The translations under genes were made by a program, and so were the position numbers. Shown piece by piece: positions 27,068-37,862 of a stretch of 64,000 bases of DNA. Under the pieces are notes generated by a model. That model had not been told where the DNA came from and did not search any database. It saw only the letters and a list, made by a program, of their open reading frames with translations. This DNA comes from a virus. The stretch covers positions 1 to 64,000 of IMG/VR virus record IMGVR_UViG_3300045988_115635; one strand, written 5' to 3'. Positions within the stretch are counted from its first letter, which is position 1; the number at the start of each line of letters is the position of its first letter.

Positions 27068-27257
27068 TGTATTCCCTATCGAACACCGCTAGTCCAGTAT
27101 CAGTCTCACAACTAATACTCTTACAGTGATTAAGACGATGGATTACTTTAGCTAATTCTTCGATACTCTCTGGCGTTTGATTTCTCAATGTGATTTTAGT
27201 CGTAGTGTTTCCATCGTATAGAGTTAATACATACCGATCAGAATTTACTTCTTTCAT
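27060..27257 (-). CDS. hypothetical protein (65 aa)
   Basis: ORF. Confidence 0.45.
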   Translation of the reverse strand: MKEVNSDRYVLTLYDGNTTTKITLRNQTPESIEELAKVIHRLNHCKSISCETDTGLAVFDREYND

Positions 27258-27553
27258 TCGAATGCTCTTTCCACGATGTTATTAAGATCATCGTCATTGT
27301 CAGGGATAGCGATTGATTCTAATTTGATTTCATCACTACCAGTGAGTAAGTAGGTTAGATAAATAGTACCTTCACCCTTATCATCTTCACAGTAAGCGTA
27401 GCTAATAAACTCTGTACGTTCGTTAGACTTGCGTCTAATGACTCCAATAAAATCACAGATTCTTTCAGGTACGTTGTTTTCCTCTAATGACTTTCTCCAA
27501 GCCTTGATATTGCCTGGTTTGTCATAACAATACGTCTGTGCTGCAATAAACAT
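27254..27553 (-). CDS. hypothetical protein (99 aa)
   Basis: ORF. Confidence 0.5.
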   Translation of the reverse strand: MFIAAQTYCYDKPGNIKAWRKSLEENNVPERICDFIGVIRRKSNERTEFISYAYCEDDKGEGTIYLTYLLTGSDEIKLESIAIPDNDDDLNNIVERAFE

Positions 27554-27974
27554 TGTTATTCTCCAAGTCGTCTTTGGTTAATGCTACATACTTTCCTTTT
27601 TCTATCGTGTCATAGTCTTTTGGAACCACGTTTTTATACATAGATAGACTTAGATTAAGCATGTCTACCCTAGAGATTAAGCGTTTCATTTCGTCCAAGG
27701 CTCTAAGTAAGGCTCTAGTAGCGTCAGAAAATCTATTAGGAGTTTTACAGCCAATAGAGATAGATAAGCCGTGTACATTAGCACGTGCTACTAACTCTAC
27801 AGATTCTTCTTTTACTGCATAGATTTTATAGTCTGTAATTTTGCCCCGCGAATAAGCTTCACTAAGCATATTAATTACATTAAGGATTTGGCGTTCTTTA
27901 CCTTCTAGCCCAGGCATCATTTCAACGAAATGTTTGGCATAATCTAGTTTGTTCTGTTTCACTTGTCTCTCCAA
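27522..27974 (-). CDS. hypothetical protein (150 aa)
   Basis: ORF. Confidence 0.5.
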   Translation of the reverse strand: MERQVKQNKLDYAKHFVEMMPGLEGKERQILNVINMLSEAYSRGKITDYKIYAVKEESVELVARANVHGLSISIGCKTPNRFSDATRALLRALDEMKRLISRVDMLNLSLSMYKNVVPKDYDTIEKGKYVALTKDDLENNNVYCSTDVLL

Positions 27975-28183
27975 GCACCTTTTACTAATTTATGTGCATA
28001 GTTATTAGCTTTTAATAAATCTTCTTGCGCATCACCCTTTAACCCCGCTCGGTCAAAGTATTTAAGGATATTAAAAAGCAATGCAGCTTCATAGGCTGGT
28101 AGTCCGTCTATTACTGTCTTAATTTTGTCTGACGTTTCCATGCCGCCTTTGGTGTAATAATCAGGACTGTATACGCTACCCAT
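27959..28183 (-). CDS. hypothetical protein (74 aa)
   Basis: ORF. Confidence 0.45.
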   Translation of the reverse strand: MGSVYSPDYYTKGGMETSDKIKTVIDGLPAYEAALLFNILKYFDRAGLKGDAQEDLLKANNYAHKLVKGAWRDK

Positions 28184-28790
28184 TTATTGCACCTTCTTTA
28201 ATAAGGTTATATAGAGTTTGGTATTCATCGTCCATGTTTAGAGTTTCAAGCATCTTTTCAGCCATGATTCTGATTTCCCATTGAGCAGCCTTATCACTTC
28301 TTAATGCGTAGAAGTGAGCAAACTCACGACAATTCATAGTTACTACTATTCTTGTGTCTTTGGCGTTTGGTAGTAGGTATCTTGCATCTTCTGCTTTGAA
28401 GCCATCTTCAATAAGTTCTGCGTAAGTATTGAAAGAAGCCTTGCAGCTAAGTTCGAACTTCTTTCTTGCCACATCATCTTTAGCTATTGCAGGCGGGATT
28501 ACATAATCATCAATATCAAATTCTTCTACTTTTACGTAACGCTGTGACTGCTGGGTATAAGAAGCTATACGATGTCTTACTAACTGATGGGAGATTGCCC
28601 TTGATAGCCCTTGTACGTCCCAGGTAAATACTAGGTGCTCAAAAGGTGATAGGTGTCCTTGTTTACCTATATTGATTGCTCTTTTTACTGGGTCCCCTTT
28701 ATCTTGCCTGTCATAACACATGCCAGCTATTGAGCCTATGTAACTCAATGGCTTCTTAGGACAGGTAGTAGCTTTAAGCGTTACTTCCAT
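28176..28790 (-). CDS. thyX: flavin-dependent thymidylate synthase ThyX
   Basis: ThyX signature RHRIASYTQQSQRY and HLSPFEH. Confidence 0.85.
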   Translation of the reverse strand: MEVTLKATTCPKKPLSYIGSIAGMCYDRQDKGDPVKRAINIGKQGHLSPFEHLVFTWDVQGLSRAISHQLVRHRIASYTQQSQRYVKVEEFDIDDYVIPPAIAKDDVARKKFELSCKASFNTYAELIEDGFKAEDARYLLPNAKDTRIVVTMNCREFAHFYALRSDKAAQWEIRIMAEKMLETLNMDDEYQTLYNLIKEGAING

Positions 28791-29049
28791 CAGTTATCCC
28801 TTTCTCTTTTCTTTTACCTATTAGCTTTTGCGCTGTAGTGTCGTTAGCGTCTAATCTATCAGCGTTATATTCTGCTACCTTGATTAGAGTATTAGCGTTT
28901 TTAATAATACTTTCAGCCACGTTTGATAGGGCTTCTGCTCTTAATACTTCTTTCTGTATGTCTAGGGCATCTTTGGCGTTAGACAATCTTTCTAACTCAT
29001 CAAACATATAGTCATTTAGCGTCCATAGACCTCTTTGATTGTTAGGCAT
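28774..29049 (-). CDS. hypothetical protein (91 aa)
   Basis: ORF. Confidence 0.5.
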   Translation of the reverse strand: MPNNQRGLWTLNDYMFDELERLSNAKDALDIQKEVLRAEALSNVAESIIKNANTLIKVAEYNADRLDANDTTAQKLIGKRKEKGITDGSNA

Positions 29050-29219
29050 ATCTTTCCCCTTACCTATATTCTGTTCGTATTTATAGCCTTATTTGTTGTT
29101 TGCTATATATATGTTTGCATTAGCTTGTTTTTAACAGGGATAAAACAAGGCTTTTACGGTTATTTATTCTATTGGTAGATAGGCATAAATTTAATACTTT
29201 ACTTTTTAGGTAAGTAGCG

Positions 29220-29594
29220 TTAATGGAGGTTTATTGGGACCCATTCAAATTCTTCGTTATAGACTTCTTTTGTGTATTTAGTCATTGCTATATTAAATGC
29301 TTGGAGGTCTACGCTTCCTAATATGTATTCATAATTACATTGGAATAGTTTGTAGTTATAGGGGCCGCCAACAAGAATAAATATATTATCATCGCCTTGT
29401 AAGTAGGAGTATAGGGGCGAGAATAAGGTTGATAGTTTTATCATCGAATTATCTTGACGGGTCATTGATATTACTAATGCGTGAATATCATCTACAGTAA
29501 CTATGCCTGAATTTCTTAGTTGAGATAAACAGTCTGGGTCGTATTGTGCTAAAGCATCATATATTTCTTTATAGGGAAAATCATGTAGGTTCAT
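29220..29594 (-). CDS. hypothetical protein (124 aa)
   Basis: ORF. Confidence 0.5.
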   Translation of the reverse strand: MNLHDFPYKEIYDALAQYDPDCLSQLRNSGIVTVDDIHALVISMTRQDNSMIKLSTLFSPLYSYLQGDDNIFILVGGPYNYKLFQCNYEYILGSVDLQAFNIAMTKYTKEVYNEEFEWVPINLH

Positions 29595-29610
29595 TTTTTA
29601 GTTTTCCTTT

Positions 29611-30210
29611 TTATTTAAGAATCGTTTTTTCTGCTTTGTCTTTAGCGAATTCATAAAGCGTTTTCATGAAGTGAGCGTGCTTTAATTCTTCTTTGAATTC
29701 ATCTAATGAATAACAATCGGGCGAATAGACAATGGCATCATCTATCCATGATTCAAAGTCTCCATCGTATACAAAGCCAAACCTGCGATGGGGTTCATTG
29801 ATGTTTATATAATCTATTTCTTCAAGGCTTGTAACTCTTAAAGAGTTATCGAAGTTTTTAAAGTATCTTTTCTTGAACTCTGCCATGCCAAGATAGTCAT
29901 AAATTTTATTTACGTCTATTTTTGGTGATAGGTTTCTATACAGGTCCAGTTCTTCATTAAGGCGTTCTATCTTTAGCTTTTTGTCGTTAAGGTCTTCTTT
30001 TATATATTTGACTACACTTACTAGGTTTTTGATTGCATTACATGACCTATGCGACACATCACTTATTTCGACAATAAGCTTTTCTATAGAAGAATCGTTA
30101 TCTAGGTTCATTTCTCTAAGCACCTTCTTGTGTAAAAGATTTTGTAAAAACCTTTGCAGCTTTTTGTAAGTAAAAATGTAAGTGTTAGGCTTCTTTGAAT
30201 TGGATACCAC
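29611..30210 (-). CDS. hypothetical protein (199 aa)
   Basis: ORF. Confidence 0.5.
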   Translation of the reverse strand: MVSNSKKPNTYIFTYKKLQRFLQNLLHKKVLREMNLDNDSSIEKLIVEISDVSHRSCNAIKNLVSVVKYIKEDLNDKKLKIERLNEELDLYRNLSPKIDVNKIYDYLGMAEFKKRYFKNFDNSLRVTSLEEIDYININEPHRRFGFVYDGDFESWIDDAIVYSPDCYSLDEFKEELKHAHFMKTLYEFAKDKAEKTILK

Positions 30211-30418
30211 TAGGGAAAAATACTTTTTCCATGCCGTAGCCTTTTACCATGATTGGAGCATTATGCTTTTCAGCTAGTTTTCTAGCTACGTCAAAAGCAT
30301 CTTCCCAAGAATCATATTCCCCAGCGTAAGAGACTGGGGGCATACCATATTGTCTAGCAATGCTAAGGAATGTTTGGGGGTAGCTAAAACTAGCTTTAAT
30401 CATCGCTACCACCAACAA
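30185..30418 (-). CDS. hypothetical protein (77 aa)
   Basis: ORF. Confidence 0.45.
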   Translation of the reverse strand: MLVVAMIKASFSYPQTFLSIARQYGMPPVSYAGEYDSWEDAFDVARKLAEKHNAPIMVKGYGMEKVFFPSGIQFKEA

Positions 30419-30695
30419 ACGTTACCATAGCGCATTCGTCTTTAGTATTGATAGATACTCTTACGTCAATACCTACGATCTTTGCTGCGCTAATAAGGCG
30501 GTATCTAAAGGTATGCCATTTATTATGTTCTAATTCGTCTACCATTGCGATTTTTACTGCTTTTGCTTTGTTGGCAATAGCGCTTTTGTAAATATCCGCG
30601 ATTTCCTCAACGCGCTTTGAGCGTTTACGACCTCGCAAGTCGCTCTTTTCTTCACATTCGTCTTTATTAAAAACTAATTCGTAATTTCCATTCAT
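30396..30695 (-). CDS. hypothetical protein (99 aa)
   Basis: ORF. Confidence 0.5.
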   Translation of the reverse strand: MNGNYELVFNKDECEEKSDLRGRKRSKRVEEIADIYKSAIANKAKAVKIAMVDELEHNKWHTFRYRLISAAKIVGIDVRVSINTKDECAMVTFVGGSDD

Positions 30696-30770
30696 GAATA
30701 TGCTCCTTCTAGTCTTGTTTTAATAATATCATCTGTTAATAAATATGTAAAACAAAACTAAAAACAATGA

Positions 30771-31409
30771 TTAAGAATTTCTTTCAGCATTGCGTTCTAG
30801 TTCACGCATTCTCATGCGTCTATCATAGATGCGTTCAACACGTCTAACTAGCTTGTCTATACTGTCTATCAACTCTTTTGATTTCTTCCAATAGTGAGAT
30901 AAGAATTGTGCTCTCCACTTTTCACGCTTTGCCATTGTTGCCGCTATTGATGCTCTCATGTCATTAGTACCGTTTAATGGCTCTACGAATGCTTTATTGT
31001 AAGTATCGTTATAGAGCATTGTTGCGTAGGCTGCTTCTGCCTGTACATTAATAGATTGTTGAGAATCAAATACCAGGTATTGTGAAGCAGCTAAAATAAA
31101 TTCTTCCATGTCTTTTTCGGTTAGGTTAGACCAATCTTCTACGAAAGAACCATCAGCGTTTTTAACGTAACCACCGCCAGAAGCCACAGGAGCTTTTACA
31201 CGAACCTTATTCATAAACTCTCGCTCTATCTCAAATAGTTGGGCATATTCGACCTCTAAACGCTTGTTAGCGTAGTCTACAAGCTGATCTATTACTTGTT
31301 TATCTTCCTCGTTAAACTTTAACAACCGCTCTGGTGCTGCAACCTGAAGTTCTGTTTCATCTAGTTGTGCTTTTTGTTCTAGGGTTTCACCAACAGGAGG
31401 TATATTCAT
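30771..31409 (-). CDS. hypothetical protein (212 aa)
   Basis: ORF; predicted helical, charged C-terminus. Confidence 0.5.
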   Translation of the reverse strand: MNIPPVGETLEQKAQLDETELQVAAPERLLKFNEEDKQVIDQLVDYANKRLEVEYAQLFEIEREFMNKVRVKAPVASGGGYVKNADGSFVEDWSNLTEKDMEEFILAASQYLVFDSQQSINVQAEAAYATMLYNDTYNKAFVEPLNGTNDMRASIAATMAKREKWRAQFLSHYWKKSKELIDSIDKLVRRVERIYDRRMRMRELERNAERNS

Positions 31410-31919
31410 TTACATCACCCGCTTCATTCCTGAAACATCAAACATTGAATGCTGAATTCTCACGCATTTAATAACATTTTCATCAGTTTCAAAAACAGCT
31501 AGAGGGATTGATTTTCTCCCTCGCTTTTTCATTGCTTCTCTAAGGTCTTTCCATGTGAGTATTGGTACTAAATAGCAGATATTAAAATTACGCCTATTGT
31601 CTTTGTCATAAAAATTTACCGCTACAAAGCCGTGAGCATCTTTGTGTTCATTTTCAAAGGCTAGGAGGGCTTCATATTGGTGTTCTTTTAGCTTTTCTAA
31701 AGAAAACGATTTGTTCTTGGTTGCTTTAGCTTCTACTAGGGCAACACATAAATTATCTTTAGCAGTATCAAATACCCAAAAGTCTGCTTCGCTTTCTTGT
31801 GACAAAATTCTATTACCTGACAAAAAGGTTCTATCGGTAATTCTCTTAGGTAGCAGACCAGCATATTCAAATGACTTAAATAACTCACGTTCGAATACTT
31901 TTCCTATTGATGTAGCCAT
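31410..31919 (-). CDS. PD-(D/E)xK-fold nuclease, RecU/Hjc-like Holliday-junction-resolvase candidate
   Basis: ADFWVFD...VALVEAKATK (D...ExK). Confidence 0.4.
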   Translation of the reverse strand: MATSIGKVFERELFKSFEYAGLLPKRITDRTFLSGNRILSQESEADFWVFDTAKDNLCVALVEAKATKNKSFSLEKLKEHQYEALLAFENEHKDAHGFVAVNFYDKDNRRNFNICYLVPILTWKDLREAMKKRGRKSIPLAVFETDENVIKCVRIQHSMFDVSGMKRVM

Positions 31920-32191
31920 TAGTTAGCCTCCACGTGAAAACTACCGTCTATGCCAAGTGCTTCAACCATTCTTTTAGCACCATCAATAAAGCCTAAGTCA
32001 TAAAGCATTGATGAAGATATATTGCTAATCTCCATAATGTCTTTACCTGCTCTTGCTTCATCTAATTTAGCCGTTAGATTAAGAGTGTTTTCTATTGGCT
32101 GGGTTATTGTTTCTTTATATGCTTTAATGATTTGTTCTTGTGCTACTGGTGCAAAATCCATGCTGGTATCTTCCCTCCCTCTTCCCTGCAA
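31919..32191 (-). CDS. hypothetical protein (90 aa)
   Basis: ORF. Confidence 0.45.
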   Translation of the reverse strand: MQGRGREDTSMDFAPVAQEQIIKAYKETITQPIENTLNLTAKLDEARAGKDIMEISNISSSMLYDLGFIDGAKRMVEALGIDGSFHVEAN

Positions 32192-32946
32192 AATGCTCTA
32201 CAAGGGCATTTCTTATAGGTAGAATCTCCAAATTTGCATTCATAGCCAATACCATCAACAGAACCACGATCTAAAGCTGCTTTTACCGTCTCCCAGCGTC
32301 TTAGAGTAGGTCCCATGTCTATTGGCTTGATGATAAATTCTTTCATCTTGTGTGGTCGGTCTTTTGATATATATAAAGCAATACCAAAAGGTAGATTTTT
32401 AAGCATTAAATACATTGATACTTGCATAATGTGCGCTGTATCTGGTTTAGATAATGACTTAAACAAAGGCGCGGTTTTGGTCTTAATTTCAATAGGTACT
32501 TCTTTTTCAAAACCAGGAAACTTTAGAATACTGTCGATACTGCCAGCGATTCTATGCTCTTTGTCTATTACCTTGCATTCATTACTAATAAGAGTTGGAA
32601 AACCATCGTAATTATTAAAGTCTGCGAACCACGCTTGAATCATTGCATGTAAAGCGTGACCGATCTTAAAAGTAATTTGCAACTCTGTATCATGCTTATT
32701 TATAAACTGTTTGTCATATTTGCCGCTCTTTTCAAAATATAAGCGTCTCATGCACATTAAGCACTCATTAGAGGGGTGCAAGTTAACACGATCAATAGGC
32801 TTGAATCTATCCTCTACCGTATAGTCTCCAACGTTAGGTACTAGCGTTAGGTATTTTTCTATATAAGGTATTAGCTTTGGGTATCCTTCATCGTTCGTTT
32901 TCTGTTCGGTTATTCCAAACAATTCAGACCCATTTTTAATAATCAA
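32143..32946 (-). CDS. PD-(D/E)xK exonuclease with C-terminal Cys cluster (Cas4/RecB-nuclease-like)
   Basis: GSIDSIL...EIKTK motif; C-terminal CKFGDSTYKKCPCRAFC. Confidence 0.5.
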   Translation of the reverse strand: MIIKNGSELFGITEQKTNDEGYPKLIPYIEKYLTLVPNVGDYTVEDRFKPIDRVNLHPSNECLMCMRRLYFEKSGKYDKQFINKHDTELQITFKIGHALHAMIQAWFADFNNYDGFPTLISNECKVIDKEHRIAGSIDSILKFPGFEKEVPIEIKTKTAPLFKSLSKPDTAHIMQVSMYLMLKNLPFGIALYISKDRPHKMKEFIIKPIDMGPTLRRWETVKAALDRGSVDGIGYECKFGDSTYKKCPCRAFCREEGGKIPAWILHQ

Positions 32947-32955
32947 AATAGAACC

Positions 32956-33396
32956 TCACTCAAAATTATTCCATGATAGAAAATCTTCCATGTCATAAAC
33001 CACAACTTTGTCGCTCCAACTGTTGTGTACTATCTCTATACACTCACCTACAGACTTTTTAGTAACTGTGTAAGACTTTCTTGTTTTGCTTGCGCTGATT
33101 TCTTCTGTCATTGTGTAGGCTGAAACTACAATTAGTTTTGATAACTCATCACCATCTATACAAATAGCCATCATTGGTGATTTGTTTTCATTTAACGCCC
33201 AAGTGCTTACCTTGTACCACATATCGCCTGTGAGAGCGTATTTATTGCTTTGGGTGTACTTACAGTCGCAAATAAAATTTTTGGTCTTTACATCGCCTTT
33301 AAAACCCGTCATACGCCCCGAATACTTAACTGGCTTACCGTTTAATCTTTCAGCTACTTCACTTTCCCAGGCTTGCCAATTATTCACGGTACTCAC
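32956..33396 (-). CDS. hypothetical protein (146 aa), possible PD-(D/E)xK-like nuclease
   Basis: GDVKTKNFICDCK. Confidence 0.35.
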   Translation of the reverse strand: MSTVNNWQAWESEVAERLNGKPVKYSGRMTGFKGDVKTKNFICDCKYTQSNKYALTGDMWYKVSTWALNENKSPMMAICIDGDELSKLIVVSAYTMTEEISASKTRKSYTVTKKSVGECIEIVHNSWSDKVVVYDMEDFLSWNNFE

Positions 33397-34543
33397 CTTC
33401 GCCTGGTTTTGCGTTCTTCAAGTGATTTTCACTTTCTTCAATAACAATAGCCATAGTTTCCTCATGGACCTTTTGAGCAAATTCAGGATTATCTCGTAAG
33501 AGTTCTAGCATCTTGTTTCTGCCTTGTGCTTTTACGAACCCTTCTTGACCTTCTTCGCCGTAGTAGAACCAAGCACCTTTTTGAACGATAGTTTTATATC
33601 CGATAGCTAAGGTTAATAAACTGTCTGCACTGTCTACGCCAAAAGGATAATCTTCGGTTTCTACGAAATAGAACCAATAAGCAGCTTCACGGTATGGCTC
33701 TGCTAATTTGTTTTTACGATTCTTGCAAATTACACGATTGCCCACTTTAATTCTTTCGCCGTGAATATCTGCATATTTAGTATCATCTGCTGCACCTGAT
33801 GCTCTAATCTCTGTAATGGTCTTACAAGCGTGCTTTAGACCTTCACCGCCTGAAATAGTCAAACCACCATGCAAAGACTTCATATTAATGCGTGCTTGAC
33901 CAATGTATAAAACAACTGGTAATACAACGTCTTTGCCTGCTCGCTTTTTATTAGCGATACGGGTGAGTTCGGCGTTTACACGGTTAACCATTCGAGTAAT
34001 AACAACAGATGAACCTGCTACCTGAACAGCGTTAGCGTCTCCACCCTTGCCATTTTTACCGTCAATCTCTACGCCACGGGCAACAGCGCCCAAACTATCT
34101 ACAACAATAAAGTCAAAAATACCTTCTTCAATAATCGCGCAAAGGCTATTTACAGCATTTTCAACTGTATCTGGCGTTGATACCCATACTCGGTTGTTGT
34201 TGGGGTTTTCATAGTCAAAATTGATACCGTCAAATTTTTCTAGCCATTGAGGTGTAACAGAACCTTCAATGTCTACGATGCATGCCATAGCGTTGGGGTC
34301 GAAGGTTAACAGTCTACCAATAGCAGAATACGTTAAAGCAGACTTACCAGACGAATAAGTACCCATGATCATGTGTTGGTGTCCACGCATCCACCCACCG
34401 CCTAAAGCAACGTCTAAGGTATCTGCGCCCGTAGAAATAACACCTTGTGAATAGTCAATCTGCTCCACAGGAGAAAAGAAAGACCCCTCGAGAAAATCAT
34501 GCCTAATTTTGTCTATACCTTTTGATTTGTCTTTTAAGTCCAT
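33380..34543 (-). CDS. RecA/RadA-family ATPase (recombinase candidate)
   Basis: Walker A GTYSSGKS, Walker B-like FIVVDSLGA. Confidence 0.5.
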   Translation of the reverse strand: MDLKDKSKGIDKIRHDFLEGSFFSPVEQIDYSQGVISTGADTLDVALGGGWMRGHQHMIMGTYSSGKSALTYSAIGRLLTFDPNAMACIVDIEGSVTPQWLEKFDGINFDYENPNNNRVWVSTPDTVENAVNSLCAIIEEGIFDFIVVDSLGAVARGVEIDGKNGKGGDANAVQVAGSSVVITRMVNRVNAELTRIANKKRAGKDVVLPVVLYIGQARINMKSLHGGLTISGGEGLKHACKTITEIRASGAADDTKYADIHGERIKVGNRVICKNRKNKLAEPYREAAYWFYFVETEDYPFGVDSADSLLTLAIGYKTIVQKGAWFYYGEEGQEGFVKAQGRNKMLELLRDNPEFAQKVHEETMAIVIEESENHLKNAKPGEGEYRE

Positions 34544-34557
34544 ATCTTTACCTCCAT

Positions 34558-37500
34558 TTACTCTGTCTTAATTGGCATAAAGTGTTCAAGAATATAATTA
34601 TCTTCATCATTTCTAAGTTGCTTTTTCAACTCAAAAATAAAATATGATTCATTTTTTAAGTACATGCGTATTTTTTCGAATATGTCAGTAAACGCTACAA
34701 CTTCAAGTTCGAACCCCTCACTTTCGCACTTAATAAAAGCCATAGGTTTACCCTTTTTTGTGGTGATACGTCTAAAACTCGTAACCATAGCAAGCGTAGC
34801 GAACTTTTCTGTATAGTCCACAAAGTTAATCGCGTTACCATTCTTTAGCGCGTCTTTGTATGGTTTCACAATTTCTAATACCTCTGCGTACGGGTCATAA
34901 GTAATAGGCATACCTATTAAGTCTTTTTCGTTTTCAATTATTTCTTTTTTAGCGTAAGCAGGTTGTTCTTCCGTAAACCTTTCTTGGAGCGATTCTCCGA
35001 AAAGGTTTCGAGCAGTGTCGTTAGCTTCATACCTAAAAAGTAGGTCCTTAGAATTTGGATACCACTCACGGAAAAACCCTGCCATTATTAATGATTTCAT
35101 AACGCCAGAATTAGCACCTGATCTTGTTACAAAATCATCAAAATCTGTATAAGGAGCGTTTTCAGCAATCTTTACTACTGCTTTATCACCTACGCCGCGC
35201 AATGAACCAATGCCAATAGCAATAGTTTCATCATCTAAAATAACCCAATCATCAGCTATGTTTGTCACAGTAGGCATAACAATTTTAATACCGTTATCTC
35301 TAGCTTCACGCATGTACCTTGGTAAATCTTCCGATGGTACTGTTTGAAAGCATGAACAATAAAACTCAATAGGGTAGTTATATTTCATCCATGCCGTCCA
35401 AAAAGCTAAGACAGCATAAGCGTATGAATGAGCCTTATTAAAGGAGTAAGAACCAGAAGCCTTGATTTGATTAAAAATTGTTTCTGCTTGCTGTACTGAT
35501 ATACCGCTGTGGTCAACACAACCTTGAACAAATTTAGGCTCTTCTTTTTCCATCTCCTTTAGCTTCTTTTTGCCAATAATGGCTCTCATGTGGTCTGCTT
35601 CTAATGGAGTATAACCAGCCAAAGCACGGCAAATACTCATAGCTTGTTCTTGGTAAACAATTACGCCATAAGTCTCTTTTAGAATAGGCTCTAATTGTGG
35701 TACTACGTATTCAACAGGTTCGCGCCCTGTTTTACGATTGATAAATACTTGCAACATACCAGCCAAAATAACACCTGGTCGATACAACGCTAAAATTGTT
35801 GATAGGTCCATAATGTTATGAGGTAATAATTGCATCGCACATTGTGTAATGTTCTTACCTGATAATTGGAATACGCCTAAAGTATTTCCTGTCTTAAATA
35901 GGTTCCACACACCCTCTTGTGCATCATCTTCAGTAAGCGAATAAAAATCAATGTCCACACCATGACGCTCCTTTACCATTCTTTGGGCGTTGGTTAGCGA
36001 ACTTAAATTTCGCAAACCTAAGAAGTCTGCTTTTAAGAAACCTAAACTTTCAATAGCTACTTTATCGAACTGTGAAACAATATCACCTGTTTTAAGTGAC
36101 AGCCTGGTAGGCATTGCGTTAGATAACTCAATAGGAGAAATAACATAACCACAAGCATGTTGTCCCCATTGTCTAGGAACACCAATCAGGCTAGAAGTGT
36201 GCTTAAACACAGTAGGAAAACGTCCCATCATGCTTTCTAGGTACGTTCTATCCTTATCTTCTAGCAAGTCTAAATGATCATGCCATTCTTTAGGATTCTT
36301 TAGGTTTCTATCAAATACATCAAGAATCTTAGAAACATTTAGTGATTCTTGGTAAGGTATTCTGTAGTAGCGTGCTAGGTCCTGAAAAGCGTTTTTAATC
36401 TTAAAGGTTCCAACTGTACCAACAGCGCAAACATGATCTTTGCCGTACTTTTCATTACAATATTCAACAACATCATGACGTTCTTTATCAGGAAAATCTA
36501 AGTCAATGTCTGGTAAAGAATCAAGCCTGCCCTCATTCAAAAATCGCTGAAAAATAAGACCCTTCCCCATTGGGTCGACCTCTGTAATGTCAGTTGCATA
36601 GCAAAGAATAGAAGCGGTACATGAACCACGTCCAGGACCTACCAGCATATGTTCTTTTGCATATTTATTGTAGTCAGACACTAAAAGAAAATAATCAGCT
36701 AGACCATTATCAAAAATAATGGGCCATTCATTTTCTGTCATTTCTTTAGCATAAGGTACAACTTTTTTAAGGTCCCCGCCCTTGTATTGAATTGTGCCAA
36801 TTTCTTCACCATCAAAGACTTCACAGCCGCCAACTTTTCTAAACAATCCCTTAGCACACAAGTATTTAAGATAGTCGGTACTATCCTTGCCTGCGTCTAT
36901 CCACTTTTGCGGTAAAGGGTATTTAGGTACTTTATGAGATTTATCAAAGTCATAAGGTACTACACGGCTTAATATGCTATCTACCCCATCGAAACAACGT
37001 TCTACATCACCAAGGTATTCAAGGCGTTTTCTTACGTCTTGTTCGTCCATCATGTAATAATCTGCTCGCATACGCATATGATCTTCGTCATAGTGTTTAT
37101 GCATATTGCAGCCAAGCATGATATTTTGAAGTTCGCTATCTTCACGCCTTACGTAATGAGAATCAATAGCATAAATAGTTTTTAAGTCGTGCTTTTTAGC
37201 AAAGTTCATCAACCAAAGATTTACCTTGCGTTGTTCAGGCTCGTTGTTAGTATGAATTTCTACTACAAAATCATCGAAAATAGGCTTTAGCATATCCAAG
37301 AAATATAAAGCCATGTTTTCATCATCATTTTTAGCAGCTACAGACAAAGGACCTGCCAAACAAGCAGAACCACACACTACGCCTTTTCTTCTTGTTCCTA
37401 AATCTTCAACGTAAGTATTGGTGTAAGCGTCTTTACCTTCTTCATGTAGCCATGACTTAGAAGATATATCCCAAACGTTATGTAGACCTTCTTCAGTAGT

Positions 37501-37767
37501 TGCCCAAAGAGTTAAATGGAAACCCTTGCGCGATGAATTGTGATATTTACCATCGCGCAAATATAACTCTGTTCCAAGAATAGGAATTAAGCCGCGCTTT
37601 TTAGCTTCCGTGTATATGTAGTAGTGACCTACACAATGCCCGTGGTCTGTTACAGCAACGTATTTGCTACCAATTTCTAACGCCCTATCGCAAATATCAG
37701 ATGGACTAGCTAGACCATCTAAGAAGCTGTAATAGCTGTGACAGTGTAAATTAGCAAATTCATGCAT
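34558..37767 (-). CDS. dnaE: DNA polymerase III alpha subunit (DnaE-type, N-terminal PHP domain)
   Basis: LHCHSYYSFLDGLASP PHP motif; 1069 aa; polymerase core motifs; start anchored by RBS GAGGT. Confidence 0.85.
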   Translation of the reverse strand: MHEFANLHCHSYYSFLDGLASPSDICDRALEIGSKYVAVTDHGHCVGHYYIYTEAKKRGLIPILGTELYLRDGKYHNSSRKGFHLTLWATTEEGLHNVWDISSKSWLHEEGKDAYTNTYVEDLGTRRKGVVCGSACLAGPLSVAAKNDDENMALYFLDMLKPIFDDFVVEIHTNNEPEQRKVNLWLMNFAKKHDLKTIYAIDSHYVRREDSELQNIMLGCNMHKHYDEDHMRMRADYYMMDEQDVRKRLEYLGDVERCFDGVDSILSRVVPYDFDKSHKVPKYPLPQKWIDAGKDSTDYLKYLCAKGLFRKVGGCEVFDGEEIGTIQYKGGDLKKVVPYAKEMTENEWPIIFDNGLADYFLLVSDYNKYAKEHMLVGPGRGSCTASILCYATDITEVDPMGKGLIFQRFLNEGRLDSLPDIDLDFPDKERHDVVEYCNEKYGKDHVCAVGTVGTFKIKNAFQDLARYYRIPYQESLNVSKILDVFDRNLKNPKEWHDHLDLLEDKDRTYLESMMGRFPTVFKHTSSLIGVPRQWGQHACGYVISPIELSNAMPTRLSLKTGDIVSQFDKVAIESLGFLKADFLGLRNLSSLTNAQRMVKERHGVDIDFYSLTEDDAQEGVWNLFKTGNTLGVFQLSGKNITQCAMQLLPHNIMDLSTILALYRPGVILAGMLQVFINRKTGREPVEYVVPQLEPILKETYGVIVYQEQAMSICRALAGYTPLEADHMRAIIGKKKLKEMEKEEPKFVQGCVDHSGISVQQAETIFNQIKASGSYSFNKAHSYAYAVLAFWTAWMKYNYPIEFYCSCFQTVPSEDLPRYMREARDNGIKIVMPTVTNIADDWVILDDETIAIGIGSLRGVGDKAVVKIAENAPYTDFDDFVTRSGANSGVMKSLIMAGFFREWYPNSKDLLFRYEANDTARNLFGESLQERFTEEQPAYAKKEIIENEKDLIGMPITYDPYAEVLEIVKPYKDALKNGNAINFVDYTEKFATLAMVTSFRRITTKKGKPMAFIKCESEGFELEVVAFTDIFEKIRMYLKNESYFIFELKKQLRNDEDNYILEHFMPIKTE

Positions 37768-37780
37768 CGTTTTACCTCAA

Positions 37781-37860
37781 AATCTCAATTAATTTATTGA
37801 GATAGAACATTTGTTCGTTTTTATAAAAAGATAGGGTAAGCACCCGTGAAGGTGCTTACC
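37781..37860 (-). promoter_or_regulatory. terminator hairpin (GGTAAGCACC..GGTGCTTACC) + Cheo-box-like AGAACATTTGTTCG (37805-37816) + CTCAATTAATTTATTGAG palindrome, directly upstream of dnaE
   Basis: terminator followed by the operator-like composite motif. Confidence 0.5.
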
Positions 37861-37862
37861 GC